Source: Candidatus Saccharimonadota bacterium
GTDB taxonomy: Bacteria > Pseudomonadota > Gammaproteobacteria > Enterobacterales > Enterobacteriaceae
NCBI RefSeq assembly: GCF_964059045.1
Contig: NZ_OZ060402.1
Coordinates: 210,001-242,000, forward strand
DNA: 32,000 bases
Direction of reading: 5' to 3'
The first letter of the stretch is position 1. The number at the start of each line of letters is the position of its first letter. The notes beneath the pieces are model-generated. The model worked only from the letters and a program-made list of their open reading frames with translations, ran no database searches and was not told the DNA's origin. Positions 9,396 through 19,029 of the stretch are shown here, piece after piece. The position numbers were made by a program, and so were the translations under genes.

Positions 9396-12059
9396 ATGTT
9401 AAAAAATTTATCTAATGATTTAGATCCCATGGAAACTCTTGATTGGGAAGAATCAATCGAAAATGTTATTTGTAAAGATGGTATACATAGAGCTAAATTT
9501 TTAATAAATCAATTAATCCGAAAGATTCAAAATAATACGTCCAATAATTTTTGTAAAATAATCAATAGTGATTATATTAACACTATTGATGTTAGTAATG
9601 AATTAGAATATCCTGGTGATTTAGACATAGAAAGGAAAATTCGTTCAGCTGTTCGTTGGAACGCTATTATCATGGTTCTGCGTGCTTCAAAAAAAAATTT
9701 AGATTTAGGAGGTCATATTTCCTCTTTTCAATCATCAGCTACCATTTATGAAGTGTGTTTTAATCATTTTTTTCGTGCTATGAATAAAAATGATGGTGGT
9801 GATCTTGTTTATTTTCAAGGTCATATTTCACCTGGTATTTATGCTAGAGCTTTTTTAGAAGGACGTTTAACTAGATTGCAATTAGATAATTTTAGACAAG
9901 AAGTTAACAAAAATGGGTTATCTTCTTATCCTCATCCTCAATTAATGTCAAATTTTTGGCAATTTCCTACAGTCTCGATGGGATTAGGTCCAATTTGTGC
10001 GATATATCAAGCAAAATTTTTGAAATATTTAAAATTTCGTGGATTAAAAGAGACATCTAATCAAACAGTATATGCTTTTTTAGGAGATGGTGAAATGGAT
10101 GAACCTGAATCTAAAGGAGCGTTATCAATAGCTGCTCGTGAAGAATTAGATAATTTAATTTTTATTGTGAATTGTAATTTACAAAGATTAGATGGACCAG
10201 TTATTGGTAATGGAAAAGTTATTGATGAATTAGAAAATATTTTTAATGGAGCAGGTTGGGCAGTTATTAAAGTGATATGGGGTAGTGGTTGGGATAAGTT
10301 ATTACATAAAGATAGTGATGGGAAATTAATACAATTAATGAATGAAACGATTGATGGAGATTATCAGACATTTAAATCTAAAGATGGTAATTATGTTAGA
10401 AAAAATTTTTTTGGAAAATATAAAGAAACCTTAGAATTAGTTAAAAATATGTCTGATAATGAAATTTGGAAGTTAAATCGTGGAGGTCATGATCCTAAAA
10501 AATTATACAATGCTTTAAAATTAGCATTAAACATTCAAAAACAACCAGTGGTAATTTTAGCACATACTATTAAAGGATATGGTATAGGTCAATTAGCAGA
10601 AGGTAAAAATATTGCACATCAGATCAAAAAAATAGATATAAATACTTTATTTTATATTCAAAAACGTTTTGATATTCCATTAAACAAAGAAGAAATAGAA
10701 TCATTATCTTATTTGAATTTTTCCAAAGACTCTGTAGAATATAAATATTTACATAAACAAAGAAATAAATTAGGAGGATATTTACCCACTAGATTATCTC
10801 ATTTTACTACAAAAATTATTATACCTAATTTAAGTGATTTTCAAATTTTATTAGATAAACCTAGTAAAAAAATATCTACTACTATAGCATTTGTTCGTTT
10901 TCTCAATATTTTATTAAATAACGTTTTAATAAAAGATAGAGTTGTACCAATTATTGCGGATGAAGCACGAACTTTTGGCATGGAAGGTTTATTTAGGAAA
11001 ATAGGTATTTATAATTTTAAAGGACAGAAATATATATCACAAGATCAAGATATTTTAGCATGTTATAGAGAAGATCAAAAAGGTCAAATTTTACAAGAAG
11101 GAATCAATGAATTAGGAGCAGGAGCTTCTTGGATAGCTGCTGGTACTTCATATAGTACTAATAATTTTCCTATGATTCCATTTTACATATATTATTCTAT
11201 GTTTGGATTTCAAAGAATAGGAGATTTATTATGGGCTGCTGCTGATCAACAAACTCGAGGTTTTTTAATTGGGGCAACTTCAGGTCGCACTACTTTAAAT
11301 GGAGAAGGATTACAGCATGAAGATGGACATAGTCATATTCAATCATTGACAATTCCAAATTGCAAATCTTATGATCCAGCATTTGCTTATGAATTAACAG
11401 TTATTATGCATGATGGAATAAGAAGAATGTATGGTTCTATGCAAGAAAATATATACTATTATATTACTACTGTTAATGAAAATTATGATATGCCTGGTAT
11501 GATTGATAATATTAGTGATGGAATTTGTAAAGGAATATATAAATTAGAAAGTTTCCCAGGTAATAAAAATAAAGTACAATTATTAGGATCTGGTTCTATT
11601 TTGAGAATGGTAAGGGAAGCTGCTAGTATACTATCATTAGATTATAATATTGCTTCAGATGTATATAGTGTAACTTCTTTTACTGAATTAGCAAGAGATG
11701 GTCAAGATTGTGAAAGATGGAATTTATTGCATCCAACAAAAAATAGAAAAATACCTTATGTAGAAACAATTATGAATAAACATCCTGCTATTGCTACTAC
11801 CGATTATATGAAATTATTTGCTGAACAAATCCGAGGTTATGTTCCGGCTGTTTCTTATCATGTCTTAGGCACTGATGGATTTGGCCGTTCTGACAGTCGA
11901 GAAAAATTAAGAACTCATTTTGAAATTAATGCTTCTTATATTGTAGTATCAGCATTGTTTTCATTAGTAAAATTTGGAAACATAGATAAAAAATTAGTAT
12001 CTAACGTGATAGATAGATTTAATATAGATATTAATAAATTAAATCCACGTTTAGTTTAA
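9396..12059 (+). CDS. aceE: Pyruvate dehydrogenase E1 component
   Basis: 887 aa, colinear with E. coli AceE over the full length (GGHISSFQSSATIYEVCFNHFFRA, YAFLGDGEMDEPES, NCNLQRLDGPV, RGGHDPKK, GLQHEDGHSH, GTDGFGRSDSRE). Confidence 0.97.
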   Translation: MLKNLSNDLDPMETLDWEESIENVICKDGIHRAKFLINQLIRKIQNNTSNNFCKIINSDYINTIDVSNELEYPGDLDIERKIRSAVRWNAIIMVLRASKKNLDLGGHISSFQSSATIYEVCFNHFFRAMNKNDGGDLVYFQGHISPGIYARAFLEGRLTRLQLDNFRQEVNKNGLSSYPHPQLMSNFWQFPTVSMGLGPICAIYQAKFLKYLKFRGLKETSNQTVYAFLGDGEMDEPESKGALSIAAREELDNLIFIVNCNLQRLDGPVIGNGKVIDELENIFNGAGWAVIKVIWGSGWDKLLHKDSDGKLIQLMNETIDGDYQTFKSKDGNYVRKNFFGKYKETLELVKNMSDNEIWKLNRGGHDPKKLYNALKLALNIQKQPVVILAHTIKGYGIGQLAEGKNIAHQIKKIDINTLFYIQKRFDIPLNKEEIESLSYLNFSKDSVEYKYLHKQRNKLGGYLPTRLSHFTTKIIIPNLSDFQILLDKPSKKISTTIAFVRFLNILLNNVLIKDRVVPIIADEARTFGMEGLFRKIGIYNFKGQKYISQDQDILACYREDQKGQILQEGINELGAGASWIAAGTSYSTNNFPMIPFYIYYSMFGFQRIGDLLWAAADQQTRGFLIGATSGRTTLNGEGLQHEDGHSHIQSLTIPNCKSYDPAFAYELTVIMHDGIRRMYGSMQENIYYYITTVNENYDMPGMIDNISDGICKGIYKLESFPGNKNKVQLLGSGSILRMVREAASILSLDYNIASDVYSVTSFTELARDGQDCERWNLLHPTKNRKIPYVETIMNKHPAIATTDYMKLFAEQIRGYVPAVSYHVLGTDGFGRSDSREKLRTHFEINASYIVVSALFSLVKFGNIDKKLVSNVIDRFNIDINKLNPRLV

Positions 12060-12073
12060 AAGGTACAATAGAT

Positions 12074-13333
12074 ATGACGATTGAAATTAAAATTCCAGAT
12101 ATAGGAGTAGATGCAGTAGAAGTTATTGATATTTTAGTAAAAATAGGTGACTCGATAAATTTGGAACAGAGTTTAATTGTGGTAGAAGGAGATAAAACAT
12201 CTATGGAAATACCTTCTTCACATACTGGTGTTGTAACTAAAATCAAAGTTAAAATAGGTGATCAAGTAAACACAAATTCGGTTATTATGTTAATTGAAAA
12301 AAAAATTGATCAAAATTCAAAAAAAATTATTAATGAATCTAATAAAAAATTATGCTTTCAAGAAAAACCTTTCATTATAGAAAAAAATATTCATGATAAT
12401 TTTAAAACCATTCTTCAAAACAATGATTTATGTTATACAACACCTCTTATTCGTAAATTAGCTAGAGAGAAAAACATTGATTTATCTTGTATTCAAGGTA
12501 CAGGGCGAAAAAATAGAATTATAAAAGAAGATTTAGATAAATATATTATAAGTAAAATAATAAATATAGATAATCAGTTGGATGGTAAAAGTTGCAGTCA
12601 ATCTTATATTAATGAGATTGCTAATAAAAATTCTGTTTTAGATATTAACATAATTAAGTTAAATAAAATTCAAGTGATTGCAGGTAGAAATTTATTAAAT
12701 AATTGGAAAAATATTCCACATGTTACGCATTTTGATGAAGTAGATGTGACAAATTTAGATGAGTTTCGGAAAAAATATAATTTAGATATTATAGAAAAAA
12801 CTAAAAGAATAACTTTATTGTCTTTTTTAATAAAAATAATAATCAAAACATTAGAATATTTTCCTAAATTTAATAGTTCGATATCTGTGAATCAAGAAAC
12901 AATTGAATTAAAAAAATATATTAATATTGGTATTGCAGTTGATACTTCAGAAGGATTATTAGTTCCTGTACTAAAAAATATTCAAGATAAAAATATATTA
13001 GAAATTTCTGATTTATTAAGCACAATTTCTAAAAAAGCTCGATCTAATAAATTATTATTATCGGATTTACAAAATGGAACTTTTACTATATCTAATTTAG
13101 GCGGTGTGGGTAGTATGCATTTTACACCTATTATTAATTCTCCAGAAGTAGCTATTTTAGGTGTATCGAAATGTTTTATAAAATCTGTATGGATTAAAAA
13201 TAGTTTTCAACCTAGGTTGATTTTACCATTATCATTATCTTATGATCATCGTGTTATTAATGGAGTAGAAGCTGCTAAATTTATAAATTTCATTACTAAA
13301 TATTTAAATGATATTAGATTATTAACAATTTAG
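12074..13333 (+). CDS. aceF: Pyruvate dehydrogenase E2, dihydrolipoamide acetyltransferase (single lipoyl domain)
   Basis: 419 aa with one lipoyl domain (VEGDKTSMEIPS), a subunit-binding domain (TPLIRKLAREKNIDLSCIQGTGRKNRIIKEDL) and a catalytic domain (SLSYDHRVINGVEAAKF). It starts 14 bp after aceE, after AAAGG. Confidence 0.93.
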   Translation: MTIEIKIPDIGVDAVEVIDILVKIGDSINLEQSLIVVEGDKTSMEIPSSHTGVVTKIKVKIGDQVNTNSVIMLIEKKIDQNSKKIINESNKKLCFQEKPFIIEKNIHDNFKTILQNNDLCYTTPLIRKLAREKNIDLSCIQGTGRKNRIIKEDLDKYIISKIINIDNQLDGKSCSQSYINEIANKNSVLDINIIKLNKIQVIAGRNLLNNWKNIPHVTHFDEVDVTNLDEFRKKYNLDIIEKTKRITLLSFLIKIIIKTLEYFPKFNSSISVNQETIELKKYINIGIAVDTSEGLLVPVLKNIQDKNILEISDLLSTISKKARSNKLLLSDLQNGTFTISNLGGVGSMHFTPIINSPEVAILGVSKCFIKSVWIKNSFQPRLILPLSLSYDHRVINGVEAAKFINFITKYLNDIRLLTI

Positions 13334-13475
13334 TTATATTGTATCGATAGTATCTATAAAATAATAAATATATATTATTTAATTGATTCAATATGTATTC
13401 AAATTATTTTTTATTTTTGATTGAAGATACTATCTTAATTTTTATTATCTGAAAAAATAAATTGAGATTGTGATT

Positions 13476-14897
13476 ATGAACAAAGAATTACATACACAGG
13501 TAGTAGTAATTGGAGCAGGTCCGGCAGGATATACAGCTGCATTCCGTTGTGCTGATTTAGGTTTAAATACGGTTTTAATCGAAAGATATAATACTTTAGG
13601 TGGAGTATGTCTTAATGTGGGTTGTATTCCATCTAAATATTTATTAAATATATCTCAAGTGATTAATAATTCAAAAAAATTATCTTTTCAAGGAGTTGAG
13701 TTTCAATTTCCTAAATTAGATTTATTGAAAATTAATTTTGAAAAAAATAAAATTATAGATGGTTTGACTAATAACTTAAAAATAATGTCTAAAAAAAGAA
13801 ATATTCAAATTATACATGGAAAAGCTGTTTTTAATGATAAAAATAGTATTTTCGTAAATGATAATAACGTAAAATATTTAATTTATTTTGACTATGCTAT
13901 TATTGCTACTGGTTCTAAATCTATAAAATTATCACAATTACCTAATGATGATTCCCGTATTTGGGATTCTACAAATGCATTAGAAATATCTATGATACCA
14001 AAACGGTTATTAATTGTTGGTGCTGGTATTATAGGATTAGAAATGGGTACTTTTTATAGTTCAATAGGTTCTAATGTAGATATTATTGATTCATGTGATA
14101 AATTACTACCGCTATTAGATCGTGATATTATTAACATTTTTGAAAAAAGTATTAAAAAACAATTTAATATAATTTTAAATAGAACAATTTTATCAGTAGA
14201 AAACAAAGTGAATGGAATTTTTGTCACTATGATTGACAAAAAAAATGTAACTCATACTATTTGTTATGATATTATATTAGTAGCTGTAGGAAGAAATCCT
14301 ATGACACATCATTTAAATCTTGAAAAAATAGGAATTGTATTAGATCAACGTGGTTTCATAAATGTAGATAATCAATTAAAAACAAATATTTCAAATATTT
14401 ATGCTGTAGGTGATGTAGTAGGTTTTCCTATGTTAGCACATAAAGGAATTTATCAAGCGTCTATTGCTGCAGAGGTTATTTCTGGTCAAAAACATTATTT
14501 TAATCCAAGAATAATTCCATCAATAGCATATACTTATCCTGAAATAGCTTGGGTAGGAATTTCTGAATTAGATGCTCAAAGATTAAAAATTGATTATCAT
14601 AGTGCAAATTTCCCTTGGAAGGCTTCTGGAAAAGCTTTAGCTTCTAATTGTTCAGATGGTATGACTAAATTAATTTTTGATAAAAATACTAATAGAATTA
14701 TAGGAGGTGCTGTTATTGGTGAGCATGCTGGAGAATTATTAGGTGAAATAGGATTAGCAATTGAAATGGCATGTGATGTAGAAGATATAGCTTTAACAAT
14801 ACATGCTCATCCTACTTTATATGAATCTATTGGTTTATCTGCTAAAATATTTTCAGGTACTATTACTGATCTTCTTAATCACAATAAAAATAAATAA
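13476..14897 (+). CDS. lpdA: Dihydrolipoyl dehydrogenase (E3)
   Basis: Colinear with E. coli Lpd (VVVIGAGPAGYTAAFRCADLGL, GGVCLNVGCIPSK, AHPTLYES). The ORF track starts at GTG 13470. ATG 13476 gives the E. coli-length N-terminus. Confidence 0.95.
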   Translation: MNKELHTQVVVIGAGPAGYTAAFRCADLGLNTVLIERYNTLGGVCLNVGCIPSKYLLNISQVINNSKKLSFQGVEFQFPKLDLLKINFEKNKIIDGLTNNLKIMSKKRNIQIIHGKAVFNDKNSIFVNDNNVKYLIYFDYAIIATGSKSIKLSQLPNDDSRIWDSTNALEISMIPKRLLIVGAGIIGLEMGTFYSSIGSNVDIIDSCDKLLPLLDRDIINIFEKSIKKQFNIILNRTILSVENKVNGIFVTMIDKKNVTHTICYDIILVAVGRNPMTHHLNLEKIGIVLDQRGFINVDNQLKTNISNIYAVGDVVGFPMLAHKGIYQASIAAEVISGQKHYFNPRIIPSIAYTYPEIAWVGISELDAQRLKIDYHSANFPWKASGKALASNCSDGMTKLIFDKNTNRIIGGAVIGEHAGELLGEIGLAIEMACDVEDIALTIHAHPTLYESIGLSAKIFSGTITDLLNHNKNK

Positions 14898-14954
14898 ATC
14901 TTTTTGATATCAGATATAATAGAGTATTAAAAATATTAATTTATCTGCTTGATA

Positions 14955-14988
14955 TAAGATTATGCAGGTTTAGTACTGCATGATCTTA
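14955..14988 (+). terminator. Probable lpdA terminator hairpin
   Basis: taagattatgcag / ctgcatgatctta forms a 13-bp stem with one T:G position (a wobble pair in RNA) and an 8-nt loop gtttagta. It lies about 58 bp after the lpdA stop and contains G:C pairs in an A/T background. Confidence 0.45.
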
Positions 14989-15082
14989 GTAAATAAGTAA
15001 TATTGATTTAAATTATAATTATATATATAAAATGATTTTTTTATATTTTAATTAGATGGTTTTAAATAGATATATTATATTT

Positions 15083-15207
15083 ATAATAAAAAACATATCA
15101 TATAAAAAAATTTATCTTGGTATTCATAATGTTGAATAAAAATAATATTTTTATTCAACATTATGAATACCAAGATAAATTTTTTTATATGATATGTTTT
15201 TTATTAT
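15083..15207. repeat. 125-bp perfect palindrome (62-nt arms around a single central base at 15145)
   Basis: I verified pair by pair that 15145-k is complementary to 15145+k for k=1..62 with no mismatch. The match breaks at k=63 (T/T). Each arm includes 8 G/C positions. It lies between convergent lpdA and mtnN. Confidence 0.95.
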
Positions 15208-15268
15208 TGTTGTCTTGTACATTTTTATTTGCAAATAATATTTATATTTATATTAATAATTTTAAATA

Positions 15269-15985
15269 TTATGAATTTAAAATATGATTGTTTTGATTTA
15301 AGTATATAAGTATGTATTCAAGTATATTGAAATTATTTTTGCTAGAAAGAGTAATATATTTTTTAAAATTCATATATCCTGTTTTATTTGCATAATCAGA
15401 AATAGATCGAATAATTAAAAATGGAATATTAAATTTATAACATACATGTGCTATAGCAGCACTTTCCATTTCTACTGCAATAGCTGTTGGAAAATTTTTT
15501 TTGATAGTTTTTATTATTATTTGATTATTAACAAAAATATCACCAGTAACTAAATCACCTTCCATATACTGAAAATAATTTTTGATAATATTTTTTTTAT
15601 AAATTTTTAATAATTTATCATTTGCAGTAAAAAATTGAGGACAACCGGGTATTTGCCCTATTTTGTAATTAAAATCAATTAGATTTACATCATAGTAACT
15701 AATTAAATTAGGTATGATAAGATCACCTGGTTTAAGTAAATTATGAATACTTCCTGCTGATCCAATATTAATAATAATATTTGGTTTATATAACAAAATT
15801 AGTAAAGTAGTTGCAATACTAGCAGATACTTTTCCTATTCCAGTCTGTAAAACAATAATTTTAATTTTATGGTAATATCCAATATGAAATAAATATGAAT
15901 GATATATTTCTTTAGTTTTGTTATTAATTTTATTAACTAATAATAAGATTTCATCTTGAATTGCACCAACAATGCCAACGATCAT
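15269..15985 (-). CDS. mtnN: 5'-methylthioadenosine/S-adenosylhomocysteine nucleosidase
   Basis: 238 aa, colinear with E. coli Pfs/MtnN (MIVGIVGAIQDE, TGIGKVSASIATTLL, INIGSAGS, AVEMESAAIAHVC, IRSISD). Confidence 0.9.
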   Translation of the reverse strand: MIVGIVGAIQDEILLLVNKINNKTKEIYHSYLFHIGYYHKIKIIVLQTGIGKVSASIATTLLILLYKPNIIINIGSAGSIHNLLKPGDLIIPNLISYYDVNLIDFNYKIGQIPGCPQFFTANDKLLKIYKKNIIKNYFQYMEGDLVTGDIFVNNQIIIKTIKKNFPTAIAVEMESAAIAHVCYKFNIPFLIIRSISDYANKTGYMNFKKYITLSSKNNFNILEYILIYLNQNNHILNS

Positions 15986-16060
15986 ATTAATATCTCTGAT
16001 ATTTTATTTTCTATTGTTAATATATTTTTATAACATAAATTAATTTTTATTGATAAAATA

Positions 16061-16402
16061 TTATATACTAAAAGATAATCCACAACCACAAGTAGTTTTT
16101 GCATTTGGATTTATAATGATAAATTTAGATCCTTCTAAGTTTTCTTGATAATCTATTTTCCCTCCAATTAAATATTGTAATGTTATAGCATCAATTAAAA
16201 TTTTTACTCCTAATTTTTCTATTACATGATCATCTTTTTTTATTTTTCTATCAAATATAAAATTGTATTGAAATCCAGAACATCCTCCACCTGTAATATA
16301 TATTCTTAATTGTATATTTTTATTTTCTTGATTTTTAATTAAATCTTTGACTTTTTCAGCTGCTAAATTGCTAAGATCAATGGGTATATCTAAATTATTC
16401 AT
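16061..16402 (-). CDS. erpA: Iron-sulfur cluster insertion protein (A-type carrier)
   Basis: 113 aa, colinear with E. coli ErpA ([20 protein letters not shown], and a C-terminal [16 protein letters not shown] matching NPNAKSTCGCGSSFSI). Confidence 0.9.
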   Translation of the reverse strand: MNNLDIPIDLSNLAAEKVKDLIKNQENKNIQLRIYITGGGCSGFQYNFIFDRKIKKDDHVIEKLGVKILIDAITLQYLIGGKIDYQENLEGSKFIIINPNAKTTCGCGLSFSI

Positions 16403-16573
16403 ATTTTTACTTATAATAGTTATATTGGTAATATCATTTTAAAATCAATAATGTCGTGTATTTTTACTGGTAAAAATTAATTTGTTATATATTTTAAAAA
16501 TTTATTCAAATTAAAATTTTTTTAATAAATTTAATTTATATTTTCAATTTTTTAATATTTTTCATTTTTGTTA

Positions 16574-17704
16574 TTAATTTTGTGATTTTCTTAAAAAAGT
16601 AGGAATATCTAAGTAATCTGATTCTTTATGATTTATAGTTTTTTTTAATTCTTGTTTTTTTTTTTCAAGATTATTAACATTTTTATACCGATAGTTCATA
16701 AAAACATCTTTTTTTTTGTTTTCATTTAATTGATTGTATTCTTCATTTTGTTGAATTGCAATACCAGTAGCAACAACAGTTACTCGAAGATCATCGTTCA
16801 TATCAGGATCTAATGATGTACCTATAACTACAGTAGCATTGTCTGATGAAAAAGAACGAATGGTATTACCTACAGATTCGAATTCATCTAATCTTAAATC
16901 AAAACCTGCTGTAATATTAACTAAAACACCTTTAGCTCCTGATAAATCAATATCTTCTAACAATGGACTTGAAATAGCTATTGCAGATGCTTCTTCAGCT
17001 CTATTATCTCCTGAGGACATACCTGATCCCATCATAGCATATCCCATTTCAGACATAACGGTTCTGACATCAGCGAAATCAACATTCATTAAACCAGGTC
17101 TAGTTATTAACTCTGCAATGCCTTGCACGGCTCCTTTTAAAACATTATTTGCGGCACCAAATGCATCTAAAAGAGAAATACCTCGAGATAATACTTTTAA
17201 TAATTTGTCATTAGGAATAGTAATTAACGAGTCAACATGTTTTGATAATTCGTTTAATCCTTGTTCAGCACAGGTCATTCTTTTTTTCCCTTCAAAATGA
17301 AATGGTTTAGTTACTACTGCAACAGTAAGAATTCCTAAATCTTTTGCTATTGCAGCGACTACAGGTGCTGCACCTGTTCCTGTTCCTCCACCCATACCGG
17401 CTGCGATAAATACCATATCAGAACCTTCTAAAGTTGATCTTAATTTATCTTTGTCTTCTTCAGCAGAAATTTTTCCTACTTCTGGATTTGCTCCAGCTCC
17501 TAATCCTTTTGTAATATTCATTCCTATTTGTATTGTTTGTGCTACTTCTATTTTTCTTAGTGCTTGAGCATCTGTGTTGATTGAAAAAAATTCTACTCCT
17601 TCAATTTTTTCTCTAATCATATATTCAACTGCATTACCACCTCCTCCTCCAACACCTATGACTTTTATAATTGCATTATTGCTTAATTCAATAGATTCAA
17701 ACAT
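16574..17704 (-). CDS. ftsZ: Cell division GTPase FtsZ
   Basis: Very high identity to E. coli FtsZ across the GTPase core ([42 protein letters not shown]). It keeps the C-terminal peptide [11 protein letters not shown]. The ORF track starts at TTG 17716. ATG 17704 reproduces MFE... and is preceded by GGAG 6 nt upstream (minus strand ttGGAGaaaaatATG). Confidence 0.97.
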   Translation of the reverse strand: MFESIELSNNAIIKVIGVGGGGGNAVEYMIREKIEGVEFFSINTDAQALRKIEVAQTIQIGMNITKGLGAGANPEVGKISAEEDKDKLRSTLEGSDMVFIAAGMGGGTGTGAAPVVAAIAKDLGILTVAVVTKPFHFEGKKRMTCAEQGLNELSKHVDSLITIPNDKLLKVLSRGISLLDAFGAANNVLKGAVQGIAELITRPGLMNVDFADVRTVMSEMGYAMMGSGMSSGDNRAEEASAIAISSPLLEDIDLSGAKGVLVNITAGFDLRLDEFESVGNTIRSFSSDNATVVIGTSLDPDMNDDLRVTVVATGIAIQQNEEYNQLNENKKKDVFMNYRYKNVNNLEKKKQELKKTINHKESDYLDIPTFLRKSQN

Positions 17705-17769
17705 ATTTTTCTCCAAATATTGTTTTTAATGACATTTTAGTAAATATTTTTATTTAATATTATTTGTTA

Positions 17770-19029
17770 TTATTTTTTTTTTTGGATCCAATAATTAATT
17801 TTTTTTAACCATATTTGAAAATAATTTTTTTTATTTATTTTTTTTTGTTGTTTTTGTATATAATGTTTTTTCCCATAATACAATAATCCAATTACAGTAG
17901 AATAATTAGGATCATTAAAATTGTTAATCAAACCAGGTATAGGATGAGGTAATCCAATTCTTACTTTTTTTTTAAAAATTTTTTCAGCACACATTTTTAA
18001 TGATTTTAGTTTAGCACTTCCTCCTGTTAATACAATTCCAGATAAAATTTGATATTTTTTACCATTTTCTTTCAGTTTTTTTTGTATTGCAATAATTTCA
18101 TTATTGACTATATTGAATAATTCACAACATCTTAGTTCTATTACTTCATTTAAGATACTTTTTTTAAATTTTTGTGTATTAATTCCAGATATATTCATAA
18201 CTTCAATATGTTCTGAATTTTCTATCATCAAACTATTTTCTATACCGTGTATTGTTTTTATGTTTTCAGCGTTAGTTTGAGAAGTGGATAATGCATATGC
18301 AATATCATTGGTAATAATATTTCCAGCATAAGGAATCACTTGACTATGTTGTAGTATACCAGCAATATAAACTGTGATATCTAAAGTACCACCACCCATG
18401 TCAATTAAACATACTCCTGATTCTTTTTCTTCATTATTTAAAACTGATTGACTAGATGCTAATCCTGAAAAAATTAATTGATTAACTTTTATTCCACATT
18501 GATTAATTGATTTAATAATATTGTTTTTGGTAGTTTTATGACATGTAATTAAATGTACATGAGCTTTCATTCTCATGCCAGACAAACCGATTGGATTTTT
18601 AATTTCTATTTGGTGATCTATTTCATATTCTTGAGGAATTACATGTAAAATATGATGTTCATGGTATATTTTTACTGATTTAGCTGTATAAATTACGTGA
18701 TTAATGTCATTTTTAGTAACTTCTTTATGTCTAATTGGAATCATTCCTATTTCATTTTGACAGTGGATATCTTTATTTGAAAAAGCTAAATAAATAGAAG
18801 AAACATGAGTTTTGGACATTATTTCAGCTTGATGAATAGATTTTTTTATGCATTTAGTTATGGATTCTAAATCGTTAATAGTACCATTATGCATTCCACG
18901 GGATAGACAATTACCTACTCCAATAATATTAATTGTACCATCAAGTAATATTTCTCCTATTAAAGTTGAAATTTTTGTAGTTCCGATATCTAACCCGACT
19001 ATTATTTTTTTTTCTGCTGATTGAATCAT
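17770..19029 (-). CDS. ftsA: Cell division protein FtsA
   Basis: 419 aa, colinear with E. coli FtsA (VGLDIGTTKIS, HVIPQEYEID, DMGGGTLDI, VLTGGSAKL). It keeps the C-terminal amphipathic helix region (IWLKKINYWIQKKK). AGGA lies 5 nt upstream of the ATG. Confidence 0.95.
   Translation of the reverse strand: MIQSAEKKIIVGLDIGTTKISTLIGEILLDGTINIIGVGNCLSRGMHNGTINDLESITKCIKKSIHQAEIMSKTHVSSIYLAFSNKDIHCQNEIGMIPIRHKEVTKNDINHVIYTAKSVKIYHEHHILHVIPQEYEIDHQIEIKNPIGLSGMRMKAHVHLITCHKTTKNNIIKSINQCGIKVNQLIFSGLASSQSVLNNEEKESGVCLIDMGGGTLDITVYIAGILQHSQVIPYAGNIITNDIAYALSTSQTNAENIKTIHGIENSLMIENSEHIEVMNISGINTQKFKKSILNEVIELRCCELFNIVNNEIIAIQKKLKENGKKYQILSGIVLTGGSAKLKSLKMCAEKIFKKKVRIGLPHPIPGLINNFNDPNYSTVIGLLYYGKKHYIQKQQKKINKKNYFQIWLKKINYWIQKKK

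Noticed and set aside
13240-13270. AceF active-site motif reads DHRVING rather than the E. coli DHRVIDG.
   Set aside because: Asn at the His+4 position occurs naturally in functional E2p enzymes; the Azotobacter vinelandii enzyme has Asn there, as I recall. It is therefore not evidence of inactivation.
15129-15287. Small ORF of about 52 aa starting inside the 125-bp palindrome.
   Set aside because: The product would be hydrophobic, low-complexity and A/T-driven. There is no SD, and the ORF is a by-product of the palindrome and runs into the mtnN 3' end.
16839-17300. 153-aa ORF on the + strand inside ftsZ. Similar antisense ORFs occur at 2894-3100 (in leuA), 12031-12246 (aceE/aceF junction), 14054-14239 (in lpdA), 24831-25181 and 25719-25964 (in degP), and 28800-29108 (in rpsB).
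   Set aside because: All lie antisense to strongly conserved genes. Their translations are low-complexity or have no recognisable motifs, and they have no plausible SD or start context. They are typical shadow ORFs.
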